A program made the translations under genes and the position numbers. The notes under the pieces were generated by a model, which saw only the letters and a list, made by a program, of their open reading frames with translations, had not been told where the DNA came from and ran no database searches. A stretch of 64,000 nt of DNA from an uncultured Pseudomonadota bacterium (lineage in GTDB: Bacteria > Myxococcota_A > Polyangia > Fen-1088), in assembly GCA_963847705.1 (NCBI GenBank), contig CAWKBC010000032.1, positions 32,001 to 96,000 of the forward strand. The letters run 5' to 3'. Shown here piece by piece: positions 34,101-43,125 of the stretch (the stretch's first letter is position 1; every line of letters starts with the position of its first letter).

Positions 34101-34534
34101 CCGCGACCGACAAGAACGGCGAGAAGCAGTCCGACAAGGACGTCGCGCGCGAGGCCTGGCGCAAGAATCTTCCCGACGTCAGCGTCGATGGACCGCGCGC
34201 GACGCTGCTGATTCCGCTCAAGGGATCGAGCCAGGGGGCCACCTTCCACGTGACCAACCGTCCGCACGCCGTGGTGGTCAAGCTCCCCCAGGCGGCCTCG
34301 ATGATCACCATGCGGCTCTACCGGGTCGAGCGCGAAGGGTTCCGGCTGGTGCGGATCAATCAGGCCGAAAAGGACGCCAGGCCGGAGGACGGCACCGAGC
34401 TCAAGATCAGCCTCACCGATTCCGGTGGCCCCGACGTCGAGATCAAGGACGACTACGTCCGCGTGACGGTCCGCCGCCCCAGCCAATCCTCATCGGCCCA
34501 CCCGGCGACCTCCCCGGACGCCGGCAACGACTGA
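31109..34534 (+). CDS. M1 aminopeptidase with ERAP1-like C-domain, fused to TM, linker and a C-terminal beta domain
   Basis: TQFEAADARRVFPCFDEP, GAMEN, HELAH-x18-E and YEKG; about 280 aa of extra C-terminus. Confidence 0.9.
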   Translation: MTTLGKDFRLPPEIKPQSYDAELRIDMAAGRFEGALGIALQISSAGNELTLHAVGLDVTSATAELADGRRLSASATADATSETVTLAFGEALPAGAAKLLLAYEGAFSPGLRGLYRAGPLAVTQFEAADARRVFPCFDEPGFKAIWRVSVSGVPTDAVALSNGVATHDESDGRGGRRVTFAPTPPLSSYLIALIVGPIVPSAVVRVRDIPICTWTTAEKRHLTSFGQETASAVLPRLEDYFGLPYPFGKLDQIGIPDFEAGAMENAGAVTFREVALLADPATAPLAVQKRVAEVITHELAHQWFGNLVTMQWWDDLWLNEAFATWMAYKIVDDWRPSWRIWMDFEAGKGAALALDALVSAHPIRAEIKNAEEAGESFDAITYEKGGAVLRMLEGFLGAERFRDGIRLYMRRHREANATADDLWSALEESSGQPILAMANGWIRQTGYPLVSLALERDSTGTFVNLRQRRFFAEPGAVARGSDTRWLVPVVLRFRDAAGIKEQPVLLAEESARIPLAADGEVVWCLGNAEARGFYRTAYAPETHARLLPAVSELRPAERVALVSDAWALVRAGEATIEAFLELVASLRHETDHVVLDELVGKLSVIEHRFLAEADRENFGAFVAELFGAQAAALGWAPAAGTSEDDETRLRRAVLLRALVLLAREPGAVAEAARRLPSSAQGGAAGAKLDPNLLDIVVTAAARGADEARFDELRARARSDADPAAKRRYLHALARVESPALTARTVEMALGPEVPMQDFSSYVGVLLGNRATREATFRLIGERWTEMRAKADSPMISRRLVESMATLPERRHLDEVRTFLATHPIDGAKQATAQTLERMQMDADLRDRILGPVGAWLAGRGKRNPQAGVGRPGGLFAAALTAAAVFVIGQQLIPQRPTPTLPPPPAVPARAPLPTTAVDATVAARPDGPVAVATDAARPADAAGHADGEIVRPGDAAAPAALPNAPAASRAVDASSPAGPHADRKPAATENAPATAAGAATDKNGEKQSDKDVAREAWRKNLPDVSVDGPRATLLIPLKGSSQGATFHVTNRPHAVVVKLPQAASMITMRLYRVEREGFRLVRINQAEKDARPEDGTELKISLTDSGGPDVEIKDDYVRVTVRRPSQSSSAHPATSPDAGND

Positions 34535-34596
34535 GCGGGCCCCAGGCTTGCGACCAGGGCGCCGCGACGGCGGGCCGCCACCACGCGCCGCGACGC

Positions 34597-37221
34597 TCAC
34601 GTTGCTCCGTGGCCCTGCAGCCAGCTGTCGACCTCGGCGATGTTGGTCTTGAGCTCCGCCTCGGTGTAGCTGGCGCGCGCCTGCTCGGCGAGTGAGCGCG
34701 CGCGGAGGTGATCGCGCCCGGACTCCCAAAGAGCGCGCGCCAGCGCGAAGCGGGTCTCGCCGCGGCGCGAAGGATCGGTCTCGTGGGCCTCGCGGATCTT
34801 GAACGCGCGCTCGAGCGGAACGATGGCGTTCGCCGCATCCCCCTCGGAGAGGTAGCTGGCCCCGATTCCGGTCAACGCGTAGGCGAGGTTGCGATTGTCG
34901 AGGCCGAGCTCGCGCTCCCAGATGATCCGCGCCTTCTCGAACGACGTGCGGGCGTCGCGCGAGCGGCCGAGCGCGTTGAGGATCTCGCCCCGGTTGTTGA
35001 GCTGGGTGGCCAGATCGGGATGGCCGGCACCGAGGCCGTTCTCCAGGATCTCGATGGAGCGGTCGACGTGCTCGAGCGCCTCCTGGTTGCGGCCCAGCAT
35101 CGTCAGAACGACCGCCAGGTTCCCTTCCGAGATCCCCACGTCGGGGTGATCGCGTCCGAGCGCCCGCTCTTTGAGCGCCAGCCCCTGCTGCTGCATGCGC
35201 AGCGCCGCCTCCCGCTCGCCCCGGATCTCGAACAGCCCTCCCAGGTTGTTGGCCAGCCAGGCCTGCAAGAGAACGTGCCCCCCGAGCCGCTGCAGGATCG
35301 CGTCCGCGTACTTGGCCCACCGCTGGGCGTCGGCGTAGCGCCCCTCCTGATAGCCGACGACCCAGACCAGGTTGGTGGCGTCCTCGGCTCTGACCTCGTC
35401 GTCGCGGGAGGCGTCGGCCGCCAGATAGGAATCGACCAGCGCCCGCTCGGCCGCCGGCACGTCGTTCGACTTGCTGTACATCATCCCCATGGCGAACAGC
35501 GTCTCCGCGATGAGCGGCTGATACCCGAGCGCGCGCACCTCGTCGATCCGCCCGGGCGCGTCCTTGAGCCCCTCGTGGTACCGGCCCGAGTCGTAGAGCG
35601 CCTTGACGCCGGCCAGCTGCTGACGAAGCTCCGCCACCCGGGCCCGCGTCCTCGGATCCTCGGGCGGCCGCACGACCGACCGCAAGAGCGGGACGTCGGC
35701 GCAACGATCGAGCGATCCCAGGTTGTTGGCCGCGCTGACCGCGTTCTCGACGACCTGACCGTTCGCATCGCTGAACACGTCGGTGAGCGCGCGCAGCCCG
35801 CCGAGCCGCTCCTGCAGGCAGGTCATCCGGAGGTCGAGCACCTCCGCCGACTGCTCGCCGCGGGCGTTGGTCGCCTCGCACGCCTCGCGGTACATCTTCG
35901 CCCAGCTCTGCGAGTAGCCGGAGAGGATCCGGTTGACCGTGGCGTACACCTCGTTCGCGTAGCTCTTGCCGGTGTGGAGAAACGCCGAATGGATGGCGGC
36001 CTGCCGCGCCGGCTCGGGCTCCCCTGCCCCCGTCAGATCCCAGACACCCGCCAGGCGCGCCGGGCCGGCGCCGCAGATCGACTTGTGGTTGGCCAGGCTC
36101 TGATGCACGCCCACCGTCAGCGCCACCGGCACCAGCGCCACCGCGGCCGCCGCCAGGAACCGCCCTCGCGCCGCATTCGGGTTCTTGCCCAGCGCGTCGA
36201 TCAGGTCGTGCATCGACGGATAGCGCTCCTCCGCCTGGGCCCGCAGGCCGCGCAGCAGGACCTTGCGCACCCAGAGCGGAACCTTGGAGCTCTGCGGCCC
36301 CTCCTTCACCTGCCCCTGCACCACCGCCGTGGTCAGCGCGAACATGGTGTTTCCCGAGAACGGGCGCTCGCCGTAGAGCGCCTCGTAGAGCGCGACGCAG
36401 AAGCTGAACTGATCGGTCCGCGCGTCGGTGGCCGTCCCGAGGAACTGCTCGGGCGCCATGTACGCAGGCGTCCCCATCATCGCGCCGGTGCGGGTGAGCT
36501 GAAGCTCGAACATCCCCGAACCGGGCTGAGATTCGGTCGCCGCGGATGCCATCGCCGGATCGGTGGGCGGCGCGTTCAGCAGAATCGTCGACATCTGGTC
36601 GTCGGCGGCGGCCGAGCCCGGACCGTGCTCGGCCATCACGACGGGGGCACGCCTGGCGGGCGGCGTCCCCTCGGGCGCCGGCTTGTCGGCCACCTGGCGC
36701 GCGAGGCCGAAGTCCATGACGCGAACCTCGCCGTCGCGGCCGACCATCACGTTGTCGGGCTTGAAGTCCCGGTGCACCAGCCCCTTTTCGTGGGCGGCGG
36801 TGAGACCGCGGCCCGCCGCGCGGAACACCCGCAGGACCTCCTGCCAGCTGCGGGGCTGCGCCGCCAGCCAGTAGGTGACGGTGTTCCCCTCGACGAACTC
36901 CATCGCGATGAAGACCTGATCGCGGAACGTCCCCACGTCGTAGACCACGACGACGTTCGCGTGCGAGAGCCGGGCGATCGCCTGCGCCTCGCGCAACGTC
37001 CGCTGTCGCCCTTCGTTGAGCGAGACGCCGTTGCCAGGCTTGACCCGCAGGAGCTTGACCGCGACCTTTCGGTCCAGCTCCGGGTCGTAGGCGGCGTAGA
37101 CCTCTCCCATCCCGCCACGCCCGACCAGGCCGAGCACGACGTAGCGCCCGATCGTCGCGCCCCGCACGAGCGGCGTCGCCGGATGTTCGGCGGGGAGGTT
37201 GGGTGGGGCTTCCGTCGACAA
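34597..37221 (-). CDS. Ser/Thr protein kinase with TM helix and TPR repeats
   Basis: GRGGMG, VAVK, HRDFKPDN, DFG and GTPAYMAPE; LGxDHPD-type TPR repeats. Confidence 0.94.
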   Translation of the reverse strand: MSTEAPPNLPAEHPATPLVRGATIGRYVVLGLVGRGGMGEVYAAYDPELDRKVAVKLLRVKPGNGVSLNEGRQRTLREAQAIARLSHANVVVVYDVGTFRDQVFIAMEFVEGNTVTYWLAAQPRSWQEVLRVFRAAGRGLTAAHEKGLVHRDFKPDNVMVGRDGEVRVMDFGLARQVADKPAPEGTPPARRAPVVMAEHGPGSAAADDQMSTILLNAPPTDPAMASAATESQPGSGMFELQLTRTGAMMGTPAYMAPEQFLGTATDARTDQFSFCVALYEALYGERPFSGNTMFALTTAVVQGQVKEGPQSSKVPLWVRKVLLRGLRAQAEERYPSMHDLIDALGKNPNAARGRFLAAAAVALVPVALTVGVHQSLANHKSICGAGPARLAGVWDLTGAGEPEPARQAAIHSAFLHTGKSYANEVYATVNRILSGYSQSWAKMYREACEATNARGEQSAEVLDLRMTCLQERLGGLRALTDVFSDANGQVVENAVSAANNLGSLDRCADVPLLRSVVRPPEDPRTRARVAELRQQLAGVKALYDSGRYHEGLKDAPGRIDEVRALGYQPLIAETLFAMGMMYSKSNDVPAAERALVDSYLAADASRDDEVRAEDATNLVWVVGYQEGRYADAQRWAKYADAILQRLGGHVLLQAWLANNLGGLFEIRGEREAALRMQQQGLALKERALGRDHPDVGISEGNLAVVLTMLGRNQEALEHVDRSIEILENGLGAGHPDLATQLNNRGEILNALGRSRDARTSFEKARIIWERELGLDNRNLAYALTGIGASYLSEGDAANAIVPLERAFKIREAHETDPSRRGETRFALARALWESGRDHLRARSLAEQARASYTEAELKTNIAEVDSWLQGHGAT

Positions 37222-37357
37222 TTTTCGGGCCTTCGGGCCTCCTACATCGACGGATCTCCGGTCGGATTTGAGGCCAAGATTTGAGCCCGTGCCCAGACAA
37301 TGCGACGCTACGTCTCGCCAAGGAGCCCTGCTTGATGTTACTCAAGGGTATTCGTCC

Positions 37358-37834
37358 GTGACACCGCTGCACCTCGTTCTCCCCCTCACGGTCTCGCCGG
37401 CGATCGTTTCGCCGACGCGCCGCCTCTTGGAGGCGAAGCTGGCGCCGGTGCTGGACGACGAGGACGCCGTGTTTCGGGTGGCGATGACCGCGCACGAGCT
37501 CCTGGAGAACGCGGCCAAGTACGCCTCCGACGGGAAGGCCCGTCTCGAGGTCGACGTCTCGCCGCGCGGCGAGGACGCTCTGATCCGCGTCGTCGTCACC
37601 AACAACTCGAGCCGCGAGCACATCGACCACCTGGGCACCTGCTACGCCGAGATGAACGCCGAGACCGACGCCATGGCGCACTACTTCTCGCTGATGCGCC
37701 GGAATGCCCGCGTCGGCTCCGTGTCGCGCCTGGGGCTGGCGCGGGTTCGGGCAGAGGGGGAGATGGCCATCGAGGTCGCGGTCAGCGGCGAGACCGTCAC
37801 AGTCGTGGCGTCGGGCATCGTCGTCCACCCCTGA
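37358..37834 (+). CDS. Stand-alone HATPase_c-like (anti-sigma/SiaB-like) protein
   Basis: N-box HELLENAAKY; G2-like SRLGLARV. Confidence 0.7.
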   Translation: MTPLHLVLPLTVSPAIVSPTRRLLEAKLAPVLDDEDAVFRVAMTAHELLENAAKYASDGKARLEVDVSPRGEDALIRVVVTNNSSREHIDHLGTCYAEMNAETDAMAHYFSLMRRNARVGSVSRLGLARVRAEGEMAIEVAVSGETVTVVASGIVVHP

Positions 37835-37931
37835 CTACATTCACCCACTTCGGGTTCCATGGGGCTCGATGGGTTCCAATGTCTCCGAATGAGGGCAACG
37901 TCGGGTACTGAGGGTGAAACTGCGCGAAAGA

Positions 37932-37963
37932 CGCTTGTCAAATAACGACAAGCGCCGATAATA
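37932..37963 (+). promoter_or_regulatory. Sigma70-like promoter overlapped by an operator-like inverted repeat
   Basis: CGCTTGTC-N7-GACAAGCG; TTGTCA-N16-GATAAT. Confidence 0.55.
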
Positions 37964-38005
37964 GAGGCTCGTATCCCCCCACCCCCCACGTGGAGGTCGT
38001 TTTCG

Positions 38006-39406
38006 ATGCGGTCCAAGTTGTTCCTCTGCGCCGCGCTCGTCGGCACCTGTGCTCTCGGTACCTGGTCGCCCGTTGCGCGGGCGGCCGATCCCAAAGGCAA
38101 GGAGAAGAAAGCGAAGTCGAGCGACTCGCTCAGCGATGACAAGGTCATCAGCAAGCAGATGCAGTGGGAGGACTCCGTGATGGGGCCCGACGACAAGCGG
38201 GCCGAGCTCGACAAGATTGCGCGCGCGCAGGCCATCAACAAGGCCGCCGCCGAGAAGGCGGCGAAAGAGAGAGAGAAGGCCGACGCGCAGGCTGCCAAGG
38301 AAGCCACCGCGCCGAAGCCGCAGACCAGCAAGCGCGGCGGTGACGTCGCGTTGCCGACGCTGCCCGATGAGGACTCGGGTTCGGGCAGCTCTTCGAAGTC
38401 CGGCAAGGTCTCGCCCAAGCTCGAGACGGCCGCGGCCGCCGCGCCCCCGCCGCCGGTCAAGCACGGCGACGACAAGTTCATCGACAAGCTGTTGAAGGAC
38501 GACTCCGGCAGCAAGAAGCACAAGGCCTCGGCGGCCGACGACAAGGAGCTCGACGATCTGCTGGCGGTCGAGAAGCCGAAGCCCGCGGCGAAGGGCCAGG
38601 GCCGAGCCAAGAAGGACGACGTCGACAGCCTCCTCTTGTCGGCGGACAAGGCGCCCCCGATGCCGGAGACCCACGTCAAGCACGAGACCCCCGAGTGGGC
38701 GAAGCCCGAGATCGCCTCGACCCCCGTGCAGGCGCCCATGCCGGTCCGCCCCCAGCCCAAGCGCGACGACGGAATCATCCACGTCGTCCAGGGCGCCGCG
38801 CCCGTGGGACGCACGGTTCCGGTCTCGCAGCGCACGGTTGCTCCGACGCCCGCGCGGTCCAACGCCGTCGCGACGCGCGCGCCGGCCGCAGCGGCCGGAC
38901 GACGGCAAGCCGCGCCGGGGAACTGGAACGATCCGTTCGCCGCCGGGCCGAAGAAGACCGTCGCTGCCCGGGAGACGCACCACGATGACAGCGGCGCCGA
39001 CGACCTCGACGGCGAGATCCCCGTGAACCGCCGGCAGCCTGCGGCGGCTCAGCGGCGCGGAAATCGCGACGGGGATGACGACGGCGATTCGTTCAAGAAC
39101 GCCAAGGCGACCGGCGGGAACCGCCGCGCCGCCCCGGCCGCCAAGCCGGCCAAGTGGAAGGACCCGTTCACGGAGAGCGAAGCCCCAGCGCCAGCACCGG
39201 CTCGTTCCACGGCGGTTCATTCGTCAGCACGTTCGACGTCGTCGGCTCGCCCCAGGGCGGTGCTCGCCACGCGCGAGGCCAAGGAGCCCAAGAAGGGCGA
39301 GTCGTCCAGGTGGGACGTCGCAGGACGGCACGAGGCCCCTGCCGCGTCGGACGCCCCGCGTGCCCGCAGCGGACGCTGGGGCGTTCTCAAGAAACACGCC
39401 CACTGA
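38006..39406 (+). CDS. Secreted, largely disordered Lys/Asp/Ala/Pro-rich protein
   Basis: GGAGG RBS; signal peptide ending VARA-A; host-like codon use. Confidence 0.85.
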   Translation: MRSKLFLCAALVGTCALGTWSPVARAADPKGKEKKAKSSDSLSDDKVISKQMQWEDSVMGPDDKRAELDKIARAQAINKAAAEKAAKEREKADAQAAKEATAPKPQTSKRGGDVALPTLPDEDSGSGSSSKSGKVSPKLETAAAAAPPPPVKHGDDKFIDKLLKDDSGSKKHKASAADDKELDDLLAVEKPKPAAKGQGRAKKDDVDSLLLSADKAPPMPETHVKHETPEWAKPEIASTPVQAPMPVRPQPKRDDGIIHVVQGAAPVGRTVPVSQRTVAPTPARSNAVATRAPAAAAGRRQAAPGNWNDPFAAGPKKTVAARETHHDDSGADDLDGEIPVNRRQPAAAQRRGNRDGDDDGDSFKNAKATGGNRRAAPAAKPAKWKDPFTESEAPAPAPARSTAVHSSARSTSSARPRAVLATREAKEPKKGESSRWDVAGRHEAPAASDAPRARSGRWGVLKKHAH

Positions 39407-39525
39407 GCGGGCGGGCCGGCCTCGCCCGGTAGGCCCGGTTGCGATCGAGGGGCGGTCTCGCGGACGACGGGTACTTTCTAGCTCATCCGTTTTCGGATAA
39501 AGTTTCCGGCATCGCCTTTTCGGAG

Positions 39526-40203
39526 ATGCCCTTGTCGTCGAAGCGCTGGTCGAGCCCGTGGTCGAGATGGGTTGTCTGGGTTCCGGCAACTCTTCTTCTG
39601 CTGGCGTCGGCGACGGCGGTCGCTGCGGATGACGCCAAGGCCCACTACCAGAAGGCAACGGCGCACTTCGCGGTCGGCGAATATCACGACGCCGCACTCG
39701 AATACGAGGAAGCGTTCAAGCTGAAGCAGGATCCGGCCATCCTGTTCAACGCCGCGCAGTCGTTCCGGCTCGCCGGCGAAAACCAGCAGGCGCTGTTGCT
39801 CTACAACAACATCATCAAGCTCTACCCGAGCACGCAGTACGCCCGGGACTCCAGGGAGCGGATCGAAAAGCTGGCGCAGGCGACGACGGCTCCCCCGCCG
39901 GCCCACGCACCGCCTCCGCCGACAGCAGCGCCACCACCCGTAACGCCAATTCCGCCCCCGGCTCCCCTGGTCGCCGCACCGCCGATGGCGCCCGCGCCGG
40001 TCACGTCGGGCACAGCGGTGATCGTTTCGTCGCCGCCACCCCCGAGCGCGGCTGAAAGCCATCCGATCTACACCCGCTGGTGGTTCTGGACGGCCGCCGC
40101 CGTCGTGGTCGCCGGAGGGGTGATCGCGGCTGTCGCCCTCTCATCCGGTGGGGGCTCCTGGAACAACCTCGATCCCGTCAGGGCGGGCCTGGTGCTCAGA
40201 TGA
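39526..40203 (+). CDS. Secreted TPR protein with Pro linker and C-terminal WWFWT hydrophobic segment
   Basis: Signal peptide; AKAHYQKA..YEEAFKL..LFNAAQ TPR-like helices. Confidence 0.85.
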   Translation: MPLSSKRWSSPWSRWVVWVPATLLLLASATAVAADDAKAHYQKATAHFAVGEYHDAALEYEEAFKLKQDPAILFNAAQSFRLAGENQQALLLYNNIIKLYPSTQYARDSRERIEKLAQATTAPPPAHAPPPPTAAPPPVTPIPPPAPLVAAPPMAPAPVTSGTAVIVSSPPPPSAAESHPIYTRWWFWTAAAVVVAGGVIAAVALSSGGGSWNNLDPVRAGLVLR

Positions 40204-42011
40204 GGGTGCTCGGAAAAGGCGGCGTCGGGGTCCTGGGTGCGGTGGCCGTCGCCGGCTTGCTCGGCGCTGGCTGCAAGCCGTCGGCGCCCACCTCGTTCGG
40301 TGTCGACGTCACCGTGAACGCCAAGGCTCTTACCTCTGCCCAGCTTGCAAAAGTGACGACCGGATCGCTCCTGGTCAGCGGCGCGGAGCCGCAGGCGAAG
40401 AGGTTCCCCGTCGGCTCCGCGATCTCCAGCGGCCAGCTCACCTTCCAATACGTCCCCACCGTCACGAGCGGCACCCTGACATTCCAGTTCGAGGCGCTTG
40501 ATGCTTTGGGACACCTCTACGGTTCGGGGACCAGCGGACCGGTCACTCTGATCGCGGGCGCCGCAGTCGCCGTGACCATCACCCTGACCGCCCAGGGGGG
40601 GACCCTGAGCGGTCTCGGCGCCAACTGCACGACCGCCGCCAATTGCGGCAGCGGATTCTGTACCGACAACGTCTGCTGCGAGAACGCCTGCCAGGACACC
40701 TGTGCCTCCTGCGCGCTCGAGAACACCACCGGCCTGTGCGCTGGGTACCCGGCCAACACCGATCCCGAGAGCGAATGCACCGGGTTCTCGATGACGCCCG
40801 GTACGGGTGGAGGCGCCGGCAAAGGTGGAGCCGGCGGTGCGGGCGGCGCCGGCAGGGCGGACGCTGCGGTCGACGGGGGCGGCCCCGACGCCGAGGCCAT
40901 CAATCCGCCCGACGGTGGCATCGTCGCGATGGCCAACAGATGCGGCGGTCTCTGCACCGGCCAGAAAAAGTGCGGCTACGCCTCCTCCGGGACGTCCTGC
41001 GGCAATGCGTTCTGCAACACCCGCAGGGATCTGGCCAGCCTGGTCTGTGACGGCAATGGAACCTGTGGCATCAGCCTTTCGGACTGCACGAATGGTTATG
41101 CCTGCGATCTCACGGCCAACCCGGGCTCTTGTCGGATGACCTGCACCGCCAACACCGATTGCCTCGTCGGCTATTACTGCAATGGCAACAACGAAATGTG
41201 CCAGGCGACCAAGGCGGACGCGCTCACGTGTGCGACGGATGCCGAGTGCAACAGCGGACATTGCGCGACCGGCGTTTGTTGCAACACGGCCTGCGACGCG
41301 CCCAACAGCTGCAACAAACAGGGCTCGGCCGGCAAGTGCCAGTGCTCAAGCACCATGAACTGCGGCGCTGGTGTCGCCTGTCAGACCTTCTACCAGGACG
41401 CCGACGGAGACGGCTACGGCAACAAGAACGGAACGACGGCCGCCGGGACGGCCATGCCCGGCTGCGTCGGCTCACCCCCTGCGGGGTTCGTCGCGGACAA
41501 CACGGACTGCGACGACGGCGACGCCAGCGTCCATCCGGGCCAGACCGGATGGTTCACCGCGGCCAGCAAGGGGATTGGAACCTTCGACTACGACTGTGAC
41601 GGGACCGCGGTGAAGGAGTTCCCGCAATATCCCGGCGCCAGTTGCACGTTCTGCCCCGATGCCTGCACCGCCGGTTGCAGCGCGGCGACCTCCTCGACCT
41701 GCGCCAGCGCAACGGCGCAGGCCTCGCTGGCCTGCAACTCGACGGGGATCTGCCTGTCCACGATTCGCCCTCTCCTCTCGACCGCCGAGACAGAGATCGC
41801 CGAGGCGACCATCGTCTCGCCGATCAAGAACTACAACGGCTGCTGCGGATGTAGCGATCACGGCGGATACACGCAGACGGCGGAGGTCATGTGCGGCCAG
41901 TCGGCCAGCTACACCACCTGCGGGACGTGCGGCAGCAACACCGGAACGACGATCGGGAGCGCCGGCGGAACCGCCAACATGGTCGTCGCCAAGGTCCAGG
42001 CCTGCCACTGA
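40200..42011 (+). CDS. Cys-rich lipoprotein with Ca/metal-binding motifs
   Basis: ATGA overlap with the TPR gene; lipobox LGAGC; FCTDNVCC and HCATGVCC modules; DADGDGYG and DCDDGDASVHPG. Confidence 0.88.
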   Translation: MRVLGKGGVGVLGAVAVAGLLGAGCKPSAPTSFGVDVTVNAKALTSAQLAKVTTGSLLVSGAEPQAKRFPVGSAISSGQLTFQYVPTVTSGTLTFQFEALDALGHLYGSGTSGPVTLIAGAAVAVTITLTAQGGTLSGLGANCTTAANCGSGFCTDNVCCENACQDTCASCALENTTGLCAGYPANTDPESECTGFSMTPGTGGGAGKGGAGGAGGAGRADAAVDGGGPDAEAINPPDGGIVAMANRCGGLCTGQKKCGYASSGTSCGNAFCNTRRDLASLVCDGNGTCGISLSDCTNGYACDLTANPGSCRMTCTANTDCLVGYYCNGNNEMCQATKADALTCATDAECNSGHCATGVCCNTACDAPNSCNKQGSAGKCQCSSTMNCGAGVACQTFYQDADGDGYGNKNGTTAAGTAMPGCVGSPPAGFVADNTDCDDGDASVHPGQTGWFTAASKGIGTFDYDCDGTAVKEFPQYPGASCTFCPDACTAGCSAATSSTCASATAQASLACNSTGICLSTIRPLLSTAETEIAEATIVSPIKNYNGCCGCSDHGGYTQTAEVMCGQSASYTTCGTCGSNTGTTIGSAGGTANMVVAKVQACH

Positions 42012-42065
42012 TCGTCAGGAGGGCGTTCCGTCGCTGTCGCCTGGGGCGGAGGCGCTGGCCGGCGC

Positions 42066-43088
42066 TTACTGGTCGAGAGTAGACGGCGCCGAGAAGGTCA
42101 GGCTGGGGATGGCGGAGGTGCAGGACCCGACGACCGTCGAAGCACCACTGGTCTGGTCGATGGTCACCTGCTGAAAGGTCGCGTTGGTGAGGGTCCCGGC
42201 AATCGTTCCCGTCCCGGTCCCGGCAGGAGCAACCGACGTGAGAGTCAGCGTCCCGCCGTTCGCGAGATAGGTCGCTTCCTCGCCGGTGACCATCTGATTC
42301 GTTACCGTCGTGGCAACGTAGAGAAGGATACAGATGGTGCAGGTCTCAGCCTGACCATCGGCTGCGGTCAACGTATAAGTTCCCGTCGTGATGTTCCCTG
42401 GGAAGTGCCCCTGGTTCGACGCCATCACGATCTGGAGCACATCTGGCATCGCCCCTTGGTTCAAGCCTCCGGAAACGGCCTCTTCGTAGTATGAGGTCGA
42501 TCCGCTCGTGATCGGCTGGGTCGTCTGGCCGTCGGCTCCCAGGAGCGTCGTTTGAGAGTAACTGGATGGAGCCAAACAAGCGGCGCCCCCGCTGCCGGCC
42601 GCGCCGCTTACACCGGCGACGCCCGTCGTTCCGGCCGCGCCGGTCGTTCCCGCGGCGCCCGCCGTCCCGGCGGCACCAGATTTGCCCGCGCCGCCCCCGG
42701 TCCCGCTTCCCCCGGTTGCGCCTGCCGCTCCCGTCGCACCGGCGAATCCCGTCGTTCCTGCCGCGCCCGTCGTCCCGGCGCCGCCCGTCGTCCCAGCGCC
42801 GCCAGTTGTCCCGGCGGCGCCCGTCGTCCCGGCGGCCCCCGTTGTTCCCGCGGCTCCCGTCTTCCCGCCCGCTCCGCCCGAGGCCGGTGTGCCTGCCGTC
42901 CCTCCGGTTCCCTCGCTGACGCAGACGTCGCTCAAGCAGACGAGGCCGGCGTTGCACGTCCCGTTCGCGTAGCAACTCTGCCGCACACCACCCTGGCCGC
43001 CCGAGCCTCCACCACAGCCCGCAGCCAGCAAGGCAAGCAAGAGAGCGGTCCCGGGTTCCCTGCGGAGGCGACGAAGCGAAGCGTTCAT
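42066..43088 (-). CDS. Lipoprotein with GAAGTT-repeat linker and C-terminal beta-rich domain
   Basis: Lipobox LAAGC; small Cys knot; Gly/Ala/Thr linker. Confidence 0.85.
   Translation of the reverse strand: MNASLRRLRREPGTALLLALLAAGCGGGSGGQGGVRQSCYANGTCNAGLVCLSDVCVSEGTGGTAGTPASGGAGGKTGAAGTTGAAGTTGAAGTTGGAGTTGGAGTTGAAGTTGFAGATGAAGATGGSGTGGGAGKSGAAGTAGAAGTTGAAGTTGVAGVSGAAGSGGAACLAPSSYSQTTLLGADGQTTQPITSGSTSYYEEAVSGGLNQGAMPDVLQIVMASNQGHFPGNITTGTYTLTAADGQAETCTICILLYVATTVTNQMVTGEEATYLANGGTLTLTSVAPAGTGTGTIAGTLTNATFQQVTIDQTSGASTVVGSCTSAIPSLTFSAPSTLDQ
42595..42865. repeat. Degenerate 18-bp coding tandem repeat (GAAGTT/GGAGTT units)
   Basis: More than 10 hexapeptide units visible in the translation. 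Confidence 0.85.
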
Positions 43089-43125
43089 CACGCGATGTTT
43101 GCCGGCGATCGGCCCACTTTGCAAG

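Noticed and set aside
34490-37828. 1112-aa minus ORF and similar long alternative-frame ORFs across the window
   Set aside because: Stop-poor alternative frames typical of very high GC DNA; they overlap genes with clear motifs.
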